Shown: one piece after another, positions 49,429 to 61,567 of the stretch
Layout of the letters: every line of letters begins with the position of its first letter
Position numbering within the stretch: the first letter of the stretch is position 1
NCBI RefSeq assembly: GCF_018977255.1
Contig: NW_024704743.1
Coordinates: 45,200,001 to 45,264,000, forward strand
From: Callorhinchus milii
Lineage: Eukaryota
Length of the DNA: 64,000 nucleotides
Direction: 5' to 3'
Made by a program: the position numbers and the translations under genes
The notes under the pieces: model-generated
The model's database searches: none
What the model was told of the DNA's origin: nothing
The model's input: the letters and a program-made list of their open reading frames with translations, nothing else

Positions 49429-51323
49429 CTGCAGATATATTGTATTATTTATTATAGAAATGTGTGTATTGTACATTTCACAAAAAATATTTCAATTAAA
49501 CAATTTACCATAAATTAAGGAATTAATATTCAGCTGCTAAAGATCAGCAGATTTAAGGATAAGAAATCTGTTTGATCTACATTTAAATATTTCTAGAAAT
49601 TTGGCAAAACACCCACTTAAAAATATTGTATTTTGAAAGAATTTTCAAAATAAATAACTTGCCATACTTATTTTGAAAAGGATTTTTAAAAAAGTGGCAA
49701 GACATTTTTTGATTGTGGAAAGCATTACATTATTTAGGCTATAGGATTGTGATACGGTGTTGCACTGCAAGTTTGACATTTTTTCTATTCTGTTCAACGA
49801 CTCAAACTCAGTAGTATGGAAAATGTATTAAATGGTTGTATTAATGTATTAAAAAGGTTAATAAAGTTGCACTTGTTGGTGGATTTAAAAAAGATTTTCA
49901 CTTTAAATACAGTATGAGGAACAAAAATGAGGATTTTATAGGCAATTTTTATACTTCAAGAAGAGGTTCTTTAAAAACAAAATTGGCACATTTAAGATGA
50001 GGCAGGTAATGCAAATGCAAAACAGTTTGAGAATGATGTCCAAGGGTAGCAATTTTATTCTTCCTGGATCTTAATTTATTTTAGCCCCATGGAAACCTGC
50101 CTTTTAAGATCACTCATTGCACCAGAGAACTGTTCCAATGACATCCATTCTGTGTCAAAAATGGCTCCTTAGGGAATCCAGAGATCAGCTGTCCAAGACT
50201 GGCTTAGATTTACACATTTTTAAAAAAAACAATACTTGAGGCACTGCACAGACCGGGGAGAAGGGAATATCTTGAAAGAGGCTCTTAAGTAATGCTTTGC
50301 AAATTGTATTCATCCATCCGTGAAAGATCTAGACAGATTTCTCAGAGAAGAGTGGATTGTTGACTACAGTAGCCTAGATATTACAGACTGATATTGCTAA
50401 CAGCGAGTGGTGTTGTAGGGTATAGGATTGATCAGACAAGCTTATGTTACTGGGGGCTTGGCCATCTCCTAGAGGTAACTCAACTACCTTAAGGAGTCAG
50501 GAAGTTTCACCAATGATGTCTCTCCCCCCCAGCCTATTTCTTGTTTCTGAGGTGGAGGAAAAAGAGAAGACTGAGTGAGTGGTTGACAACAAGAGAGAAG
50601 AGTGCTTAATAAATTGGCTGAGACACGAGACGCAAGTGAAAAGGGAGAAAGGACTCAATGAGCCACTGGGCCTTTCCTTTCCACATATCTGTGATTATAT
50701 AATAGTAATTATCCAATCCAGCTCAGGAAACTCAATCAGCTGACAAGCAGGTCCTGGTACCCATCTTCAGCTTCCTATGGAGATACTTGGCACTTTGTGG
50801 CAAACTCTTTAGTTGCAAGCATTGGTGTTTGGTAACAAAATCTAAACGACACTGGTTAGTTTGCACTGGCAAAAGACGCCTGGAGAAGAGTAGGAAACAA
50901 AGGGTAGGCCAAAGCTTATAATGATCCAGTGTTGTAATATTGTACCCTAGTCTGGCAGAATACAGAGAAATCATGTTAACTGCTCATGGACTCAGGCAGT
51001 TTAGAAAATTAACACTGCTTCAGGGAAACTGTCCACAACTTCACCAAAGGAGAGGATATCAATATCGATTGGCAAGTCAGTCCATCACTTAATTTCTGCA
51101 TTTTGTGGAAGTAACAGGCTAAGGACATTTTGTGCAGAACACTCCCAGATGAGAGAACATTAATTTGTTTAGCCTGCAGCTAGTGGCTCCCAGATGATGG
51201 AGAATACTTAAACCACCTCATTGTGAAACTAAATCAGTAATGCCTCATTCCATATGTGACCATGCATTTCTTAATAATTTGAGAGATCAAAATTGGAATG
51301 TTAAGTTCTTTTCTTTAAAAAAA

Positions 51324-51324
51324 N
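51324..51324. other. Single ambiguous base (n); possible assembly join
   Basis: n in the sequence within an A-run. Confidence 0.9.
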
Positions 51325-51387
51325 TAAAATTTGAATAGCCCACATTTTATATTCAGCAGCCAGAGAAACCAGCTACAATCAGAGTTC

Positions 51388-51468
51388 AACTGTGCAGCGC
51401 CTTGGGACGTCCTCCTGACGTGAAAGGCGCTCTATAAATGGAATCTTGTTGTTGTTGTTGTTGTTGTT
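51388..51468 (+). mobile_element. Tail-only young L2 insertion with (TTG)n
   Basis: cagcgccttgggacgtcctcctgacgtgaaaggcgctctataaatggaatc(ttg)n. Confidence 0.85.
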
Positions 51469-51883
51469 CTTTGTGTTAGTGTGCATTACATCAACAATGT
51501 TTCTGCATGTTAGTTTGATTGTACATGTAGTTGGAAACTAAGAAAACAAAACCTTGATACGGGAATATTCCATATTATTTACTGGTCATCCAGTTTTGGA
51601 TAAAATACTTCAATCTTTTCAGATTCAGCACTTATTTTTAATGTTACTTTGAAATATCTAATCTCCCTCCCCTATTCCAATTCAGTTTAAATTGATTTCC
51701 TGTATAACGTTACCAGAAAATGACTGAAAACATTGTAAAATAGAGCTGAAAAAAGCCACAGCCATCTTTTGTGGAGAGCTTCTAGAATTCCTATTAGACA
51801 AAGATCTTGTAATAGCTGTACACAGAAAACAATGAATAAATGCATGAGCAAGTTAAAGAGAAAACCTTGCAGCAACCTCGTAC

Positions 51884-52069
51884 CATTTTCCAGTCATTCT
51901 CCAATTTTCTGAACACAGAATCCATTTTCCATACACCTTTTTCCCAGTCTTCAATGACTGTGTTGTCATTAGAAACCCGAATGTAGTGATTTTCTACAGC
52001 ACTGTATTTGAGATGGAATAGTTTTGCTTCACTTTCTTTTGCAGAAGCTACAAAAACAATCTCGGTGTT
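51884..52069 (-). CDS. NGLY1: NGLY1 exon 10 (start of PAW domain; ...FRKLENDWKM)
   Basis: AG/GT bounded, 186 nt. Confidence 0.95.
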
Positions 52070-53411
52070 CTGTACAAAAAAAAAGAAACAGTTGTAAAAA
52101 AAAAATTCCCAGCCCACTGTTTACATGCAACAATAACTTGAGCAAGAATGGTCTCCAATTCTGTTGTAACACTGGTCAAAGAAAGGACTGCTTCTTGAAT
52201 CTTAATGCTATATTACAGGGGGTCTCACCATCAATGCAAAATAATTCATTACCTTTAACACCATTTTGATTTGGTTGCAAACAATGAGCGATTAAGTTTT
52301 TTCTTTTATTAACTATGCTACAGAATGATTTAGAAGTGGCTTAGAATATTAATAAAATCAAAGAATAGTCAAAGTGACAGCCATTTTTAAAATCAAATGT
52401 GATGCCTGCCATTAATTATCTCCATTTAATTTCCCCTTGGTAATTGCTGTGTCCATAAAGGTTTTGGCAATTGGTGGTGACAACCTGTACATTTGCAAAC
52501 CCCTCCTCCTCATCCAAAGCAGGAGATGAAATAATACACAATTCAATCCATGAAGCATGCCATTTCTTAAGGACCACGTAAAACTTGTATAGCTACTGTG
52601 CTCCCTAAATTAATTTCCTGAAGCGGACAAAACTCTATCTTACCAAGGTAATCAAGTACAATCTTCAAAATATTAATCTAATATTAGGAAGAAATCACAG
52701 AAAGACCAGTCCTGATATGATTTCCTAAAAAAACACTTGCTTTTCATATTAATTATTATTGTCACTAAGCAGCTCTCCGATTCCCTCTAGCATTTGCTAA
52801 CAATGTCTCCATCGGCTCCCTCAATACTCCAGTCCAGATTTCCCCTACACTATGTAAAATAATTAATTCAAATATATGGCAAAATGGCCTTTCGTGTACA
52901 CTTAGCCAGTTGATAGCACTCATGCTTCTGGATCAGATGTTCGTGAGTTCAAGCCCCATGATACAAGCTAATATTCTTGGCAAAGTATGTACCTAAGACA
53001 GATTAAGAATCAGAACATATTTAATTTCCGCAACTTCGAGAACCTTAGGATGAAAATTTAGCTTCTTTGCCATTGCATTGCCAAGCAGGTCACCCACGAG
53101 GCAGTTTAGCTCCAAGGAGACTCTGCTTACCTCCCCCAAAAGCAGGACAGTCATGAGTTGGTTACTTATATAGAAATCGTGTCTGTCTAGTTTCTCCCAG
53201 TAACAATATTGCTCACAATTTGGACATTTATTTGAGCCCTCCATACCCAACTCTCAGGAACACCCACCCTACTCTCCTCTCAAAATTCCTTCTCTGTCTT
53301 CAAAACCCTTTTAAAAACTTATGTCTTCTAAAATGCCTTTGATCACTTTCCTCCTTTAAGTTTCCACACCAATTCTCTGAAGTGCTTTGAGATGCTATCC
53401 TACAAGGTGAA

Positions 53412-53770
53412 CAGTAAAACTCATATCCGTCATATCAGTCGGCACCGTAACATTTAATATGACTTACATGAAGTCTGAGTTGCAGGAAAACTGTATAAAT
53501 TATAGAATCCAATTTAATCAATTATCTACACTGCGCATGTGTAATTCAATACATGTCAATAAATGCGCATGTGGTAGTTAGTCACTGCAGCCAGTAAATG
53601 CACGTGCGATGACGAGTCAAGACTACATTTCCTGCAATTCAATGTGTCATTGAATCGCCGCATGCACTTATCAGCAAGCGTTAGAATCTAGTTGATTTGC
53701 TGGAAATGAAGTTATTCTGTAAATGTAGCCGGATGGCAATTGTGCATGAATCGATGGGTTTTATCTACTG
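53412..53770. mobile_element. Tc1/mariner (Tigger-like) MITE
   Basis: CAGTAAAACTC left end, ...GGGTTTTATCTACTG right end. Related short copy at 54090-54174 and a related end at ~10390-10542. Confidence 0.55.
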
Positions 53771-53898
53771 CACTCAAATAAAAACAAGTGATGAAATTCA
53801 AAATTGTGTGAAAATCTTAACATAGCAAAAACTACTGCTGCGATCAGAATGTGATGGGAAGTTATTGCACACAGAATGGTTTTAATATATCATAATAC

Positions 53899-54069
53899 CT
53901 CAGCTTGAGCACCAATTTCTCCTCGAGCTACTCTCCACATCACAGAGCCAGATGTCCTCCCACCTAGTTCTCCTGGTTTTGGGGTCTTTGGTGAGATGAA
54001 CTCTACAAGCTCTGTAATAAATCTTTCACAAAGTTCCTGCCTCCTGTCTAGTGGGAACAACCGCTGCCT
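53899..54069 (-). CDS. NGLY1: NGLY1 exon 9 (RQRLF...[32 protein letters not shown]...)
   Basis: ttttacag acceptor, GAG|gtatta donor, 171 nt. Confidence 0.94.
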
Positions 54070-54412
54070 CTGTAAAAGAGAAAAAAAAACAGTAAAACTC
54101 ATAAGTCGTACAAGTTGGGATCATAACAGTTAATTCTGCAAAGTATATACAGAAGACTTATGCAAGTTTTATTGTTTATAAAAAACAAAAAAGTAAATTC
54201 ATTAAATTGCACATTATGAATAAATCTCAGATCCGACTTCAGATCTCCACAACTACTTTTCCTTTAAAAAAAACCCTGAGATTTAAGAGCAATTTAATTT
54301 TGTTTACAAAATAAACACATCACTACACTTTACAGTAAATCCTCTGAAACATCCTGAGACATTCTGAACTGAAAGGCACTGTATCAAATACAAGACTTAT
54401 ACATATGCCTAC

Positions 54413-54523
54413 CTCAACATTTAGTCTATTGATTGTTTTCAATAGCCATCGTTCTTGGACTTCAGTTCTACGACTCTGAAGTTCTTTATGCTTGCAGGAG
54501 TATCGCCAGCTAACATCAACCAC
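54413..54523 (-). CDS. NGLY1: NGLY1 exon 8 ([12 protein letters not shown]...LNVE)
   Basis: ttcaag acceptor, GAG|gtaggc donor, 111 nt. Confidence 0.95.
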
Positions 54524-55765
54524 CTTGAAAGGAGCACAAGAACAATGATAAAATATGATAAACCACAACAGATAATGTCTACCATAGGGATCATAATGTA
54601 TTGCTTAACAATTAGCACAGTTATCGTATAAATTACTTAAAGAGGAAGTGTAAGCTAAAAACATCTTGTCTGGGAAAAACTAACCGCAATTGTTTTAAAC
54701 TACAAACTGTCAAAGAAATGAATAGGGCTGCTACAAGGCATAGGCCTTATGTTAACAGAACCGTTCAGGATATGAACAGGCAATTGAAACAGCAGGTCTC
54801 AGTGTGCAAGGAAATAACTTTCTATATTGACAGCATCCCCCATTGAGGCTTGAACTGCACCAAAGCAGTTTTTACTCATTTGTTTTAAATTATACACAAA
54901 ACAAGTCCACACTTTAATTTATCTTTAAAAGTAAATGTTATACCTTTAAAAATGCATTTTATAAGAGAAGATTTTTCCCTTTAATTCTATGAAGTACTAC
55001 ACAGCCAGTGGTTTGTATTGGTGGAGTGAACCTGCTAAAATAAGTGATCAAAAATTTTAAAATAATCAGATGAACTCTGGTGTGGAACCAATTCAGAAGA
55101 TGGATCAAATTCTCTCTAATGCACCAGTGTGGACTTTCGCTGATCTCACTTTTGCCAAATCCAAATGGTCAGCACTCTGTAGTGGCAAAATGTGGAAACC
55201 ACCAACTGAAGTACTGGCATCCCACACACTGCCAAATACAGAGGTCACTGAAACCCAATTATCTGAAAGCTCCATATCATACTTTGTGGATTAGTTGCTG
55301 TCTCAATGAAATTTAAAACGTGGTTTGTATTTGCAAACACCACACAACAAATTTCCAGGCTGACACTTCCTCACAGGCAGAAAAAGTCAACCTAGGATAG
55401 ACCATCAAACTCCCATCAAGAGATACAAGATTAGCCCCAAACTAGGAACATTTCAGCAATGGTCCATGACACAACAGTCTATAAAACAAAATATTTTAAT
55501 CAATATTCTATGGAGGATTAAGTGAAAATAGGTTAATTTTTCAACAAACAAAATTATTTGGGTAGGATGTTAACCGGCTCAATTTTCAAAGCTTGGGTGA
55601 TTTACTATTATTTTACAGGCTAAGGTTTACTCTCACCCATCCCCAAAATCAGTGAGCATTCTTATATTTGTCCTTTCCGGCTATTTATGAATTGCTGATG
55701 CTCAGTGACCCAGTCAATTTATTTCTTTATGCAATTAGAATTTTTAGAACCAGTTCAAATCTCAC

Positions 55766-55911
55766 CTCATCTTTTGAAAAAGCAAACACATAAGACAGCT
55801 TCTTTCCCCATCCAATTTCGTACAGAAGTGGTTTGTCACAAACATTTTCACAAGGATCACAATGTAGCCACCTTTTCTGGGAATTTAAGTAAACCTCTGT
55901 CCACACGTGGT
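55766..55911 (-). CDS. NGLY1: NGLY1 exon 7 (catalytic His/Asp; DHVWTEVY...HCDPCE...GWGKKLSY...SKDE)
   Basis: AG/GT bounded, 146 nt. Confidence 0.97.
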
Positions 55912-56936
55912 CTGAAGATACAACCATAACATTTTGGTCACATTATCGATATTAAATTAGAATATACAGGGAAATTTTCCCTAATACTTTTCCTTAAGTC
56001 ATCCAGAAAATAATCTGTCCATATTGTATCACAGTTAGGACTCCTAATACTTACCAATTCTTCAACATTATTAAACACTTCAGAGCGAAAGAACGAGAAG
56101 ACTAAAAATCAAAGCATTGATTACACCTAATAATACAACTTGTACTCCACTTAGACTAATGTAACTAAGATTAAAATAAGATCCTTATGTATTTTGCTTG
56201 AGGGATTAAAGCCACAGGAAGCAAAAACATTAAAACAGTGTGTAGATCATGGAGTATATAGCTAAAGGGATAGAGCACAAGTTATACAATATACTGAAGC
56301 TTTATGTTAACATTAATTCGGTCCTATTAAGAATGAAAGCATCTTTTCCATAGAATGGAGATAAGAAATTCTGTATGGATATCCATAGAGACAGTATAAA
56401 ATTATGGTTCCACAAATGTGGTGTTTAGAGACAGATTATGAAAGAAAATCAGCCTGTAACCAAATCTCACTTAAGTAGGACCCAGGATTTGAAAACAATC
56501 ACTCAGCACTGCTTGATTGTCGCTGTTTTTATTGAGAACACTTATTTTGTTCAAATTTAATTTCAATAGTTGTAGAAATAAATCATCATCAACATACCCT
56601 TAAATATACTTTAGTTCTTTTACAACAGATTTCCCCTACACTATAAAGAATACAAGGCCCTTATTTTAAATGTACTAAATACAGTATATAAATGCCAGGA
56701 TTTTAAAAAGCTAAACAAAATACTGTTTGGCAGCATGCAAAGTGGAATTCTGAGGTTATTAAATCAGCACCCGTCTCTCACAAACAAAAAAGCTTTGCAG
56801 TGATATCCTTCCATCAGTGACTACCCATACCCATCATCATACAATTTAATATGTTCCAAATCAATGCAAAAATTCAGAAAAACAAAGTATAACAATGCAC
56901 TTAAGTGACATTTCAAAGAATTCAGTATATTTGTAC

Positions 56937-57058
56937 CTGTTACATCCCAAATATATCTTGCTTCAAATCCCATAGCCCTGCAGCACAGTGTAAAACATAT
57001 GGCCCACTCTCCACAACGTCCACGCCTGGTTTCCAACAGCTTCTCAGGATGATTGTAC
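56937..57058 (-). CDS. NGLY1: NGLY1 exon 6 (catalytic Cys; [22 protein letters not shown]...WDVT)
   Basis: ctgcag acceptor, G|gtacaa donor, 122 nt; transglutaminase-like RCGEW motif. Confidence 0.96.
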
Positions 57059-59813
57059 CTGCAGATTTCAGAGTGTAAACGTTTTAGATGTAACACAATA
57101 CTATCAAATTAAAAATAAAGCAAATGTTTTGTAAGTAAACAGCAGCTAAATTAATCATTTTACAAACAATGAGACAAACAGCAGACAATTCATCTGAACA
57201 TTTGGGGGGAATATGGATAAAGGAAGAAAATGTCACAACAATCAAAAAATGTCATTCATCTTGGAATAGTTGCAGGATGTAGATCTTTAGGTATTTTGCT
57301 TGAGGGATTGAAGCCACAGGAAGCCATACTGAAACTGTGGAGCGCTGGTCTGGCTCCATCTAGAGTCAATATACAATTCTAGTCAATGTATTATAGTAAT
57401 GATATCATGGCACTCTAGAGGATACACTGAAGGGCACCTATTTTGACAGTTGTAATTAACATCAGAGTTATATGGAGAAGCACAGAAGCTGGAAATACTC
57501 CTATTGGAGAATAATGGCTCAGAGGAGATCTTGTTGAAATAATAAAGATACCAGACAGTATAAACTAAAAAATTCTAACATGCTTCAAACAAATCCTACA
57601 TATGGACACATGCCCTCGGTTACCAATTCTAGATATTAATGAATTACCCAATTAAGATGCATCATTTTAAACTTTTTTGGGGTTGGCCATGTGTCTGACA
57701 GAGGGAGAAAACCATCACTATCTTAAGACTATTCATTATATGAGGAGTTCCATATATGTATCCCACCTACACATGGAATTTTTCCTGCATCTAGAGAGGC
57801 ATGCACACTCTTCCCCCTGGAGGGATGCATTCGGTTTACCCAGTTCCAGAGCGTATCAGGCATTGGCTGGCAAGAATGGCGATTGGTCGGAGCTAAGAGT
57901 GAGATGGAGTTGTTAAATAAACTAGTAGTTTTAGGTTTTGTCAGTTAAATCAGGGCTAAAGATGAGATTGGTTTGGGAAGTAACTAATTTTGGAAGAGGG
58001 CAAGATGCCAGTTTATTCCAAACAAATCACTTTTGATTTTGTTTTCCCCAAATAGCTCAGATAATTATCCTGTGTAAACAAACCATATTTAAATTTGTTT
58101 TGGTCAGTGTCCGACACATGTGGAAACCCATCACCATACTTAAAAGTATCGAAACCAGACAGAATTCCATGTACCTACAGATCTACAGATAGAAATACGA
58201 GTTTGAAATGGAATGTGCACTCTCTCCCCAGAGGGTCATACCCTGCTTTCCTAATTCTGGCATAAGGCACAGGATGGAAAGTCTCAACATTAGGGGAACC
58301 CAGATTGTGCGTTTTCAATTTTTAGCTCAACAGATTTACATTACAAAAATCAAGAGAAAACACTTACATTGTTCAATACAAAACATTTTAGTTTAATTTT
58401 TTTTAAATCTAGCAAACTAAATGACAAGCATAAACATAACTCTGCCCTTCTAGGTTCCATCAACAAACCAGAACATTGCTGTGGTTCAAATTCCCCTTCT
58501 AATCAGAGAATCAACCAACTTAACACAAAGACCACAGTGGCAGAAAAAGATTTGCTTTGCTCAGTGATCCTATTCCGATATACATGATTACAATATCTGG
58601 AGAGGAAAGAGGTCAACAAAATAACTACTTCAGTCATTCTGAATTTTAGGAACATGGGAATGTATAAGTCTGGAAAAGCCTTGTGGCCTGCCTGGTTCAT
58701 CTTATTTTCTGTGGGACCTCGGTTTAACATCTCATCCAAAGTACAGCAGCTCCATCAATGCAACACATCCACATCTTCAGCACTGCATTGAAGTGTCATC
58801 TTAAACTATGTGATGCCAAGTCCCGACATGGTGCTTGACCTCAACCTTCTCATTCAGAGACAAGAGTGCTACCACTGAGCCAGGTTGACACAAGATCATC
58901 ACAATGACTGGACTGAAAGAAATTGCTTCAACTATTGCTCTTGTTGCCTTTTTTAAAAAAAAATTACTTTAGAAAAAATATCTAAATATTTCATCATTTC
59001 AGCATTACATCATTTGATTCAGAAAAAAATAATTTCTGCATCATATTCTAAGTACAACAACAAAAACATTAGATGGGACACAACTATACTGTGCAACAAT
59101 TATTATTCTCAGACCAGCATGAAATTACTGATGAAACAGAGCAGGTAAATTACTCATGGAGGGAAAAAATCAGTATGCAATCCTGCAAAAAAGAGAAGGG
59201 TTACCTTAAGGACAATCATGGCAATGCTTTCCTACAAGACATTTTATACAGTTTAATAATTGGGAATGTTACAGCAGGAAATGGGGATGAGTGGGGCTCC
59301 ATGGCAGGGTCATACCAACATTTAAAAACAAACAAAAGCCTGATTCTAACCGGGCCTCTTAAAAAAATCTTAAAACTGAAATGAAGGCCAAATATGCCTG
59401 TCGCAATAAATCGTTTGATTAGAAATTATGGTACTGTAGTTTAAATATCAATGATATTTTAATGAGTACTTAAGTGATCACTATTCACGATAGCTTTAGA
59501 AAAAAATGCAGTTGCATAATGGTCAGCTCAAATGTGTTACACTACTGTAGATGAAGAGGAGAATTGCAAAATTCATTTTATTTTTCTGAACAAGCCTGAT
59601 AATGATCCCTCAAAAAAAAATTGGTCACTTCAATCCACGACTGTTTGTGTGACACTGCTGTGCGCAGCTCGCTGCTGCGTTTCACCCGCAAATTCACTTT
59701 ACAATATATTCTGGGCAGTGCTATGAAGTGTCTAGAAGATGTGAAAAGAAGTTTTATCAAATGGAAGCATTATTATTATCTTCATCATGCTAATATCAGT
59801 GGTGATTGCCTAC

Positions 59814-60033
59814 CTTGGAAATCGGTTGCTGACGTGGCATTTTTTACAAAAATGATTCTCCACTCTTTGGGCATCCCATTTTAAGTCTTCACTGGTTGGT
59901 GGAAGTGAACCATTTGACTGCGTTGATTCTCCACACACATTACAGGGAAGTCCATTTACCCATTGGAAAAAATCTTGCTTAAACCACTGCAGCAGCTCCA
60001 GCAGCAAAAAATCATGTATAGTCACTGTTTCAG
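59814..60033 (-). CDS. NGLY1: NGLY1 exon 5 (Zn-binding CNVC and CKKC, ...SNRFPR)
   Basis: AG/GT bounded, 220 nt; [16 protein letters not shown], two CxxC motifs, NRFPR. Confidence 0.96.
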
Positions 60034-60143
60034 CTGTAACATTAAAATATGTTCAATAAATCTTCAAAAAGTACATTAATACAGTTGTAATTTCTCTCAT
60101 TATTTGGATGCAATAGAAACTCAATGCATGAAAGACAACTCAC

Positions 60144-60161
60144 CCTTCTGGGTATGAGCAT
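60144..60161 (-). CDS. NGLY1: Candidate 18-nt alternative microexon of NGLY1 (inserts DAHTQK)
   Basis: ctttttctccag|ATGCTCATACCCAGAAGG|gtgagt; frame-preserving and stop-free in the phase-1 intron. Confidence 0.5.
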
Positions 60162-61107
60162 CTGGAGAAAAAGCCCTTTTAAATCTTAATTTATGTGTAG
60201 AGCCCTTCCTTACTTAGCTGTACATCTAGCTTCATTCTGGCATATATCGTCAGTTCTTGCCAATCAAACGAGTTAGTAACCAAGTCTCAAGTGTATATAC
60301 TGGCAGAAAATACACACGCTTGAATTGATGTCCTGGAAGTTCCATCAAAACAAGTCAATAGGAGGCAGATGATATATAGTGAGAATCCAATTTTTTTCTT
60401 TAATCATCACAACTGTTAATGAATGCACATCTAAAGAAGCTACCATCTTATCATCTTCCAACACAGTAATATAGCCTGTGTGTGCGTACGTGTGCGTGTG
60501 GGGTGGTGGGGGGAATGATGTATATCCTGAGTATCTGCTCCAAGTTTACAAGAGACAGAGCAAGGTAAATTGCAAGTGCTGCTCAATCAGCTTTAGTGTC
60601 CTTAACCTCCTCTCCAAATAACTTCTTGTTTGAAGAGGAAAGCTAATCCTCAGCCAAGGTGAACATACAAAGTATATCCGGTGAAGCGCTTTGGGACATC
60701 CACCTGACATGAAAGGCTATAAAGCAAATGCAAGGAGTGTTATTGCAATAATCCTTGCAATTGATATTGTGCATTTCTTGGAACGAGCCATTGGGTGGGA
60801 CGCTCTCAATTGTTGTGAATTTGTATTTTGTAGGCAAATGTAACAGCCAATTCGCACACAGCAATGTCCCACAAACAGTAAAGTAAATGACCATTGTTTA
60901 CTAGAGGATCTTAGACCCTTCGTTCACTGAGACCAATCTAACTATTCTGACTTATCTATTATACATTTCCAACATTTGTTCTTATTCTAGATTTACAGTA
61001 TATACTTTTTTTCATCTGTAATACATCCAGTCAGCCCCTGGAAGATGTATTGTATGGCAGACACAGGGGACTTATGAAACACCTTTAAAATTAAAAAGTT
61101 TGCTTAC

Positions 61108-61270
61108 CAGAATCCAGTTTTGTGGTGTGGTCCAACTTTTCTTCAGCTCGTTTCCTCATTTCATTGGTGGGAATACATGCCAAGGCTTTCTGCTGAAGAG
61201 CAGGGTTCTCGTACATCAAAACTCGCTGAAAATTGGAGCTCAGAGTTCTCAGGAAACTTAGTTCAGAATG
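61108..61270 (-). CDS. NGLY1: NGLY1 exon 4 (HSELSFL...VLMYENPALQQKALACIP...KLDS)
   Basis: ttttaaag acceptor, G|gtaagc donor, 163 nt; YENPALQxKALACIP motif. Confidence 0.93.
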
Positions 61271-61286
61271 CTTTAAAATAAAAAGT

Positions 61287-61567
61287 TCAATAAAATTCAA
61301 TAGTGTCACAGAATAAAGCTGTAAAGTTGAAGCTCAAAATGCTACTAAACTGTTTTATGCATTTCAGTTCAAACAAGTGTTAATCCGAACAAATCCTTAC
61401 CTGTTGGGAATTGCATGCATGGGTCAATACTAGGTGCAAGCAAAATAGGTAAAGCCTACTTACACACCTCAATCATTCCCACTCATGAACTGAAATGCAT
61501 AAAACTTTAGTAGCATTTTGAGCTTCAAGCTTACCATTTTATTCTGTGATTTATTGAATTTTATTGA
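61287..61567. repeat. ~85 bp inverted repeat (arms 61287-61371 and 61486-61567) in NGLY1 intron 3
   Basis: Arm 2 tgaactgaaatgcataaaac-tttagtagcattttgagcttcaa...attctgtga...tattgaattttattga is the reverse complement of arm 1 with few mismatches/indels. Confidence 0.9.
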
